From the NCBI RefSeq assembly GCF_006345805.1, contig NW_021829373.1, positions 1-6,414 on the forward strand: 6,414 nt of DNA, read 5' to 3'. Positions 1-6,196 of the stretch are shown one piece after another (within the stretch, counting starts at the first letter, position 1; each line of letters opens with the position of its first letter). The notes under the pieces were generated by a model. The model was not told where the DNA came from and did no database searches. It saw only the letters and a program-made list of their open reading frames with translations. This DNA is from Octopus sinensis (lineage: Eukaryota). The position numbers were made by a program, and so were the translations under genes.

Positions 1-5
1 TACAT

Positions 6-6
<1 letters not shown>

Positions 7-36
<30 letters not shown>
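7..36. repeat. (CAGA)n tetranucleotide microsatellite, 7 full units
   Basis: Perfect CAGA x7 plus CA, read directly. Confidence 0.95.
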
Positions 37-321
37 TGCATACGCATATTCATATGAATATATAAATACACAAACACACACCTACTTACACACTTTATAC
101 AAACGATGCTGTCCATGCCTGCTGTCTGTGCTGTCGTTATAGGATAGTATCAGAAACAGAAATACATCAAACCTCACATTTTCTATTTAAAGATAAACTT
201 GCACAGCATAATAAGCAGAGCAGTGTTACGACGGAGTTTCCCAAATACTTCGGTTACTAGCAGAAATATTTAATTACAGTCACCTCTCTATCTTCAGTTG
301 TGTGTCGTCCCAGTCACTCTA

Positions 322-435
322 TATGTGTATGTGAACGAGTGAACGAGTGGATGCGTGAGCGTGTGTGGATGTGTGTGTATCTATGTGTTTGTGTATGTGT
401 ATATACGTCTGTGAGTGTATATGTATGTTTATATT
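322..435. repeat. Degenerate (TG)/(TATG) simple-repeat tract
   Basis: Alternating purine-pyrimidine low-complexity sequence. Confidence 0.8.
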
Positions 436-688
436 ACAGATTGTTTTTAAGACAATTACAGTAATGTTTTCTTTGCAAATTATCAGCTACAGACGTCCCC
501 ACATTATGGGAGGTATCCATTCATAAAAATCGTGTTGCAACATAGAGGTCTGTAACGTGAAACGTATTTTCCCATTGAAGAATGCACCTAGATATTGCGC
601 AGTGTCACTTTATGATTCTTGAAGCCTATAGTGTCTGGTTTGCGGAGTTTTCGACTGACTGCACTTGCAGAAGCAAGCTGTTTCCATG

Positions 689-765
689 TCTCATGCATCT
701 CGCGTTACGGAAGCGTTCCATTCACAAAAAGCGAATGAAAGTGGCCATCAATATATTTGCCACGA
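689..765 (+). repeat. Highly decayed hammerhead-like unit (copy 1), left arm of an old palindrome centred near 764
   Basis: 693-721 aligns without gaps to 868-896 (offset 175, 19/29 identical). ATGAAAGTGG 735-744 matches ATGCAAGTGA 918-927 at 8/10. The catalytic core is destroyed (CTCGCGT instead of CTGACGA). Confidence 0.4.
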
Positions 766-848
766 GTTGCAAATATTATTTAATAACAATTCCACTCATA
801 AATTTTCGTGGCCACGTAGAACAAGCCTGTCTCGTCAGGTGCGTTGAG
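766..848 (-). ncRNA. Degenerate hammerhead-like unit (copy 2), inverted relative to the 863-926 ribozyme; probably inactive
   Basis: Minus strand reads CGCAC-CTGACGA(838-832)-G-23 nt-GAAA(807-804). Core spacing is identical to the plus copy and 29/42 nt are identical over the core. Stem II pairs poorly and there is no NUH triplet with a stem III. Confidence 0.55.
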
Positions 849-862
849 AAGAGTTTTTCCCG

Positions 863-926
863 CACCTATGCATCTGACGAGATGGGATTGTCCTATAAAC
901 TCATGAAACTTTAAGTCATGCAAGTG
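863..926 (+). ncRNA. Type I hammerhead ribozyme, predicted cleavage 3' of C917 (GUC)
   Basis: Stem I TGCAT(869-873)/ATGCA(918-922), extendable by CAC(863-865)/GTG(924-926) past an internal loop. Core CTGACGA 874-880, then one extra G at 881. Stem II ATGGG(882-886)/CTCAT(900-904). GAAA 905-908. Short near-palindromic stem III ACTT-T-AAGT 908-916. C17 at 917. Confidence 0.75.
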
Positions 927-999
927 AGTCAAATTTTTATGAAATTGTATATCTATATGTTAGTGCGTTTGTTTGTGGGGATGCGCTTAGTATGAGTGC

Positions 1000-1125
1000 G
1001 TGTCTATGTATTTACATATATACATATATGCATATATATGTATACATATATATGTATGTATATATATATAAATATATACATATATATGTATATATATATT
1101 TATGCACGCACATACACACACACAG
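1000..1125. repeat. Degenerate (TA)/(TATG)/(CA) microsatellite
   Basis: Direct reading; accounts for the 996-1217 ORF. Confidence 0.9.
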
Positions 1126-1242
1126 AAAGTGTGTGTCCGCGCATGAGTAAATACGTGAATTTCTCTATATTTGCATGTGTGTCTTGTTTGTGTATATATT
1201 TAATAATTATGTCTTGATTAGCTGAGAATTGTAAATAAATAT

Positions 1243-1278
1243 TGCAGCTGCAGCGGTAGCAGCAGCCTCAGTAGCAGT

Positions 1279-1349
<71 letters not shown>

Positions 1350-1373
1350 CAGTAGTAGTAGTAGTAGTAGTAG
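1243..1373. repeat. Compound trinucleotide microsatellite: degenerate GCA/GTA, then (CAG)9-(TAG)14-CAG-(TAG)7
   Basis: (CAG)9 1281-1307, (TAG)14 1308-1349, CAG 1350-1352, (TAG)7 1353-1373. Confidence 0.95.
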
Positions 1374-1430
1374 TCCTGACTAAAAATAAAGTGACCTGAA
1401 AGAAACTAAGGAATTTGTCATTAATGGCGG

Positions 1431-1511
1431 AAGAGGAGGAGGAGGAGGAAGTGAATGAGAGGAAGGGGTGCAGCAGCAGCAACAGCAGCATAGCAGCAGC
1501 AGCAGCAGCAG
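1431..1511. repeat. Short (GAG)n and interrupted (CAG)n tracts
   Basis: GAG run at about 1431-1450 and CAG/GCA runs at about 1471-1511. Confidence 0.85.
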
Positions 1512-1671
1512 ACATCAACAGAGATTCTATTAACCCACTTAGATCCTCTTCATTGGGGACAATGTGGACATTGGAGGAGAGGGGAGAGGAGTGAAAGTGG
1601 GAGAGAGAGAGGGAATTAGGGGTTAGCAAAGAGATCTTGAGAGGAAGGACAGAGCGGATGACAAGTACGCA

Positions 1672-1813
1672 TACATACGTACATGTGTATGCCTGGTGTG
1701 TGCATGTATATATATATATATATTATATATATATGCTTATACATATACACACCTGTTATGAATATGTATATCTGTAAGTATATATGTATATGTGTATATA
1801 TATATATATATAT

Positions 1814-1867
<54 letters not shown>

Positions 1868-1990
1868 GTATATATATATATATATACACGTATTATATAT
1901 ATATTATATACATGTATGTATATAACGTTGTGCATTCATATATCGTAACTCACACACATGCATACATATATTTATATATATTAGGTATGC
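1672..1990. repeat. (TA)n microsatellite region including a long perfect run at about 1818-1863
   Basis: Direct reading. Confidence 0.92.
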
Positions 1991-2049
1991 ATGCATACAA
2001 CATACAGATATAGAAGCACACATACGTGTATGGGTCTGCGTGTATGTAC

Positions 2050-2641
2050 CTACGTGCGTATGCATGCATGTATGTATGTATGCATGCATGTATGTATGCA
2101 TGTATGTATGTATGCATGCAAGTATTATGTATGTGTTTATGTATTCATGCATGTATGTATGTATGTATGTATGTATGTATGTATGTATGTATATATGTAT
2201 GTATGTGCGTGTGTATGTGTGTATGTATATTTGTATGTATGTATGTATGTGTGTATGTATGTATGTATGTATGTATGTGTGTATGTATGTATGTATGTAT
2301 GTGTGTATGTATGTATGTATGTATGTATGTATGTGTGTATGTATGTATGTATGTATGTATGTATGTATGTATGTATGTATGTATGTATGTATGTACGTGT
2401 GTATGTGTGTATGTATATTTGTATGTATGTATGTATGTATGTACGTATGTATGTATGTATGTATATTTGTATGCATGTATGTATGTATATTTGTATGTAT
2501 GTATGTATGTATATTTGTATGTATGTATGTATGTATATATGTATGTATGTATGTATGTATATTTGTATGTATGTATGTATGTATATTTGTATGTATGTAT
2601 ATATGTATGTATGTATGTATATTTGTATGTATGTATGTATG

Positions 2642-2672
<31 letters not shown>

Positions 2673-2852
2673 ATATGTATGTATGTATGTATATTTGTAT
2701 GTATGTATGTATGTATGTATGTATGTATGTGTGTATGTATGTATGTATGTATGTATGCATGCATGTATATATGCATGTATGTATGTATGTATGTATGTAT
2801 GTATTATGTATGTATGTATGTATGTATGTATATGTGTGTGTATATATGTATG
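2050..2852. repeat. ~800-bp (ATGT)n tetranucleotide array with ATAT, GTGT, ATGC and ATTT variants
   Basis: Direct reading; produces the long MYVC/HTYI ORFs in several frames. Confidence 0.97.
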
Positions 2853-2924
2853 TAAGGGTGGAAATGTACGAGGTAAATCATGAATGAATTAGCAAATAAA
2901 AGTAAAAAAATGTAGGGAACTCAC

Positions 2925-2983
2925 TTGGAAAGAGAGAAAGGGAAAGAGAGAGAGGGGAAAGATGGAAAAAGAGGGAGGGTGAT

Positions 2984-3014
<31 letters not shown>

Positions 3015-3100
3015 AAACGGACAGACGGAGAGGAAACAGAGAAAGAGAGAAAGAGAGACAGAGAGACAGAGTGAATGAATGAATGAGAGAAACGGAGGCA
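2925..3100. repeat. Polypurine (GA)n/(GAAA)-rich tract
   Basis: Nearly pure A/G on +, with a perfect (GA)n core at about 2988-3013. Confidence 0.9.
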
Positions 3101-3235
3101 GAGCTTGCATGCGATTGCTAGAGATAACTATCCCTTAATATGATACGATGATAGCTGTGTTTACCTATTTATTAATCGGTTAAAACGAACCCCTTATTAT
3201 AATCCCTTGGTCATTTTATCTGAACGTCTGCCATG

Positions 3236-3500
3236 TGTTTATACATACATACACACATATATATATATACGTATGTATGTATATATGTACGTGTATAAAT
3301 ATATATATATATGTATATATATATGTTTATGTATGTATATATATATAGTTATTTATTTATTTATTTATCTATATATGTATATGAATGTATATATATATAT
3401 ATGTGTGCGTGTGAGAAGGGGAGGTGTCTGTGTGTACTATATATATATGTGTGTGTATATATACATATATATATATATGATTCTATATACATATGTGTGC

Positions 3501-3531
<31 letters not shown>

Positions 3532-3535
3532 TATG
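3236..3535. repeat. (TA)/(TATG)/(TTTA) compound simple repeats
   Basis: Direct reading. Confidence 0.9.
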
Positions 3536-3544
3536 CTTATGCTC

Positions 3545-3700
3545 ACTTCCGTTTGCCAGTGTATTTTGTGTTGGTCTGAGATGATCTGAGGTGATATGAG
3601 TCAGTTCTGTCCACACAGGGGCTATAAAAAGCCGCCCATCGCAAACGCTCTCCTCTCCGGATTCCGTGACCTTTTACAACAAACAAACATTTCAAGGTCA
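3545..3700 (+). promoter_or_regulatory. Candidate TATA-containing Pol II promoter or enhancer
   Basis: ETS ACTTCCG 3545-3551; AP-1 TGAGTCA 3597-3603; GGGGC-TATAAAAAG-CCGCCC with TATA at 3623-3631; TGACCTTT (NBRE on the minus strand) 3667-3674; TCAAGGTCA (NR5A/ERR-type site) 3692-3700. Motif matches only, no expression evidence. Confidence 0.4.
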
Positions 3701-3717
3701 TTCTGATTATAACAGGA

Positions 3718-3772
3718 TGTGTTGTGTTTTTCTCTTTGTTGTGTGTGTGTGTGTGTGTGTTGTGTGTGTGTG
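3718..3772. repeat. (GT)n microsatellite
   Basis: Direct reading. Confidence 0.9.
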
Positions 3773-3913
3773 TGGCTTGCTTAAGGATAAAGAATTATGC
3801 TGAAAGTTAATAGCTAAAAGCAACAGAGAGATAATTCGAAGAGGAGCCGAATAATCACTCACCATTTGTATCTGACTCCACGGAACGTAAAGATCAATAC
3901 TTATGCAAAAGAT

Positions 3914-4010
3914 TACACACACACACACACATAGATTTATATATGTATATATGTATGTATATGTATATATATGTATATATATATATGTGTGTGTGTGTGT
4001 GTGAGTGTGT

Positions 4011-4056
<46 letters not shown>
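3914..4056. repeat. (CA)n-(TA)n-(GT)n compound microsatellite
   Basis: Direct reading. Confidence 0.92.
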
Positions 4057-4057
<1 letters not shown>

Positions 4058-4175
4058 ATGTAGCTTAGGCATAACTATACTAAGGTATCCTTGTGTTGGA
4101 ACTCAATATTCACAGACTTCAGGACAAAGCGTCAGTCGAGTATAGAACTGTAGTTATACCTTAATAGATGACACA

Positions 4176-4193
4176 CATACTTACATATCATAC

Positions 4194-4238
<45 letters not shown>

Positions 4239-4272
4239 TATATATATATATATATATAATATCTATATATTA
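4176..4272. repeat. (TA)n microsatellite
   Basis: Direct reading; abuts the 3' end of the minus-strand Penelope-like fragment. Confidence 0.92.
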
Positions 4273-4470
4273 TAAAGTTAATCAAACAAGAAGCACAAAA
4301 AAAACCACAACAACGCGAGGTCGTGGAACAAGTATAGTATTATTGGACGCTCAGGAAGGAAGGAAGAAGAGGGTTTAACGTTTCGAGCGGAGCTCTTCGT
4401 CGGAAATATGGGAGAATGAAAGATCCAGAGAAGGGAAGACAGAGGAAAAAAAGTTGCCAACGGTACACTA
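4273..4470 (-). mobile_element. Probable Penelope-like element terminal (pseudo-LTR) fragment or related non-autonomous HHR retroelement
   Basis: On the minus strand: a pyrimidine-rich leader, a minimal hammerhead motif, then a T-rich tail running into (TA)n, with (TA)n on both flanks. Minimal type I HHRs are a known feature of Penelope pseudo-LTRs. No RT or GIY-YIG coding sequence is visible. Confidence 0.55.
4373..4407 (-). ncRNA. Minimal type I hammerhead motif with a U4-to-C core substitution, likely impaired
   Basis: Minus strand reads ATTT-CCGACGA(4403-4397)-A-GAGC-TCC-GCTC-GAAA(4384-4381)-C-GT-T-AAAC. Stem II is 4 bp with G-C next to the core. Stem III is the loopless palindrome AACGTT. 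Stem I is TTT/AAA. Confidence 0.6.
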
Positions 4471-4564
4471 TATGCATATATATATATAATAATATAATAA
4501 TATAAATACGATATTATATATATATATATACATACATATATGTATATACCTATGTGTGTGTGTG

Positions 4565-4602
<38 letters not shown>

Positions 4603-4610
4603 GTGTGTGT
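4471..4610. repeat. (TA)n followed by (GT)n microsatellite
   Basis: Direct reading. Confidence 0.92.
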
Positions 4611-4612
4611 AG

Positions 4613-4956
4613 TGCATATGTGGGTACAGGACGTCAAAAAAGAAACGTGAACAAAATGAAGAACGAGAACATGAAAAACAAAAATATGGGAAACTTTTTT
4701 CGAACAACGAAAGAAACAAGAAACGAAAGAACATCCCCTGTTGTCCCCTGTTTTATCAACTTCGAACTCAAAACGCGGAGTAGATAAAACAGGGGACAAC
4801 TGATGAAGGGATTGTTCTTTATGTTGTCTGTCTCGTTTCTCTTTTTGTTTCTTTCGTTGTTCGAAAAATGTTTCCCATATTTTTTGTTTTTTACGTTCTC
4901 GTTTTCCATTTTGTTCACGTGCTATTTTTTTTTGACGTCTTGTGCCCATATATGCA
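4613..4956. mobile_element. ~344-bp fold-back palindrome (inverted pseudo-LTR pair or MITE-like element)
   Basis: Left arm 4613-4764 is the reverse complement of right arm 4776-4956, with a few indels. Ends: TGCATATGTGGGTACAGGACGTC vs TGCATATATGGGCACAAGACGTC (20/23). Perfect 18-bp inner stem GTTGTCCCCTGTTTTATC(4740-4757)/GATAAAACAGGGGACAAC(4783-4800). Loop of 11 nt at 4765-4775. The palindrome is certain; the element class is inferred. Confidence 0.8.
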
Positions 4957-5076
4957 TTATATATACATACATATGTAGGTATGTACATATGTGTATGTAT
5001 ATATGTATATATATATTATTTATATCATTATATGATCGAACGCCACGCATCCATTTCCAAGTTTTATCTATCTATC

Positions 5077-5118
<42 letters not shown>

Positions 5119-5277
5119 CATACATACATACATCCATACATACATACATACATACATACATACATACATACATGCATGCATGCATACATACATGCATGTA
5201 TATATATATCTACATATGTATATATATATATATAATATACATATATATATATAAATTTATGTGTGTGTATATATATA
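4957..5277. repeat. (TA)n/(TACA)n compound microsatellite, partly the 3' tail of the adjacent SINE
   Basis: Direct reading. Confidence 0.9.
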
Positions 5278-5281
5278 CGCA

Positions 5282-5443
5282 CGGCGGGCTTTCACAGTTT
5301 CCGTAGACTAAATTCATTCGCAAAACATTGGTCCACCTGTGAATATAACTGAAGACACCTGCCGAAGGTGCCACGCTGTAGGATTGAACCGGGAACCATG
5401 GTCTGGGAAAGAAAATTTCTTACCATACACCCACGCTTGCATC
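5282..5443 (-). mobile_element. tRNA-derived SINE of octopus type
   Basis: Minus strand has A-box-like TGGGTGTATGG (5433-5423) and B box GGTTCAATCC (5390-5381), followed by a body (GTGGCACCTTCGGCAGGTGTCTTC...CGGAAACTG) ending in a TA/CA repeat tail. Resembles octopus OK/OR-type SINEs from memory; the exact family cannot be assigned. Confidence 0.75.
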
Positions 5444-5469
5444 TGTAAGAAATACATGATTATTTAATA

Positions 5470-5857
5470 ATCATTTCTATAATAGGCACAAAGCCTTAAA
5501 TTTGGGGTGAGGGGATTAGATCGACCCCAGTACGCAACTGGTACTTAATTTATCGACTTCTATAAGAGGAAAGACAAAGTCGACCTTGGCGGAATTTGAA
5601 CCCAGAACATAAAGACAGACAAAATACCTATTTCTTTATTACCCACAAGGGGCTAAATACAGAGAGGACAGAGACAGACAAACGGATTAAGTCGATTATA
5701 TCTACCCCAGTGCGTAACTGGTACTTATTTAATCGACCCCGAAAGGATGAAAGGCAAAGTCGACCTCGGCGGAATTTGAACTCAGAACGTAGCGGCAGAC
5801 GAAATATTGTTAAGCATTTCGCCCGGCGTGCTAACGTCTCTGCCAACTCGCCGCTTT
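5470..5857 (-). mobile_element. Composite (partially dimeric) tRNA-derived SINE of octopus type
   Basis: Head GCGGCGAGTTGGCAGAGACGTTAGC at about 5855-5830. B-box-like GAGTTCAAATTCC (5783-5771) recurs as GGGTTCAAATTCC (5603-5591). About 110 bp is directly repeated at 5517-5628 and 5697-5808 with a 180-bp offset. Resembles octopus OR/CORE-type SINEs; family not confirmed. Confidence 0.75.
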
Positions 5858-5929
5858 ATGTACCTATTTAATAATAAATTGACAAAAAAATACCCACTTT
5901 TTGTTTAATGTTATCATTGGTTATTTTTC

Positions 5930-6100
5930 TATGTGTGTGTGTACACGTGCGTGTGTATGTGTTTGTGTGTCTGTTTGTGGGGGTGTGTATGTATGTGTGT
6001 GCGTGTTTTTGTGCTTGTGTACTATGCATGCGTGCATCTGTGTGTGTGTGTGTGTGTGTGTTGTGCGTGTTCGCGTGCATGTTTGTGTTGTGTGTGTGTG
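5930..6100. repeat. Degenerate (GT)n tract
   Basis: Direct reading. Confidence 0.88.
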
Positions 6101-6196
6101 TAACCTGTGGAAGCGCTTGCAAATTGATTTCGTGTCTGAATAGACACGGTTGTACCCGAAGATATCCTACCCGACCAAGATACAACTCTCGCTTGT

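Noticed and set aside
225-262. Minus-strand CCGAAGT...GAAAC-TCC-GTC, hammerhead-like
   Set aside because: The core has two mismatches and neither stem I nor stem II can be formed.
846-872. Minus-strand IGAGKTLL resembling a Walker A P-loop
   Set aside because: Lacks the first Gly of GxxxxGKT, is not in a sustained ORF, and lies in the spacer between inverted units.
582-914. 110-aa plus ORF and nested 60-aa ORF
   Set aside because: No recognisable family. The 3' part overlaps the inverted HHR-like array, which explains the sequence better.
925-931. Isolated AP-1 site TGAGTCA
   Set aside because: A single 7-mer with no supporting motifs is expected by chance.
1207-1629. 140-aa minus ORF with poly-Ser, Ala, Leu and Thr
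   Set aside because: Composition is dictated by trinucleotide and GA repeats; no independent support for a CDS.
1904-2887. Long ORFs of 207-298 aa (MYVC, HTYI repeats)
   Set aside because: They are translations of the stop-free (ATGT)n array, open in several frames on both strands, with no domain content.
4278-5306. ORFs of 236, 167, 94, 88 and 77 aa
   Set aside because: They run through microsatellites and the A-rich or T-rich arms of the palindrome, giving mirror-image K/E-rich and F/L-rich peptides typical of non-coding inverted repeats.
5349-5370. CTGAAGA followed by a CACC/GGTG stem, hammerhead-like
   Set aside because: No GAAA follows the stem, and the segment is the antisense of the SINE body.
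5381-5443. Possible tRNA gene from A and B boxes
   Set aside because: No complete cloverleaf or acceptor stem, and it continues into a SINE body and repeat tail.
5596-5871. ORFs of 91 and 72 aa
   Set aside because: They lie entirely within SINE sequence.
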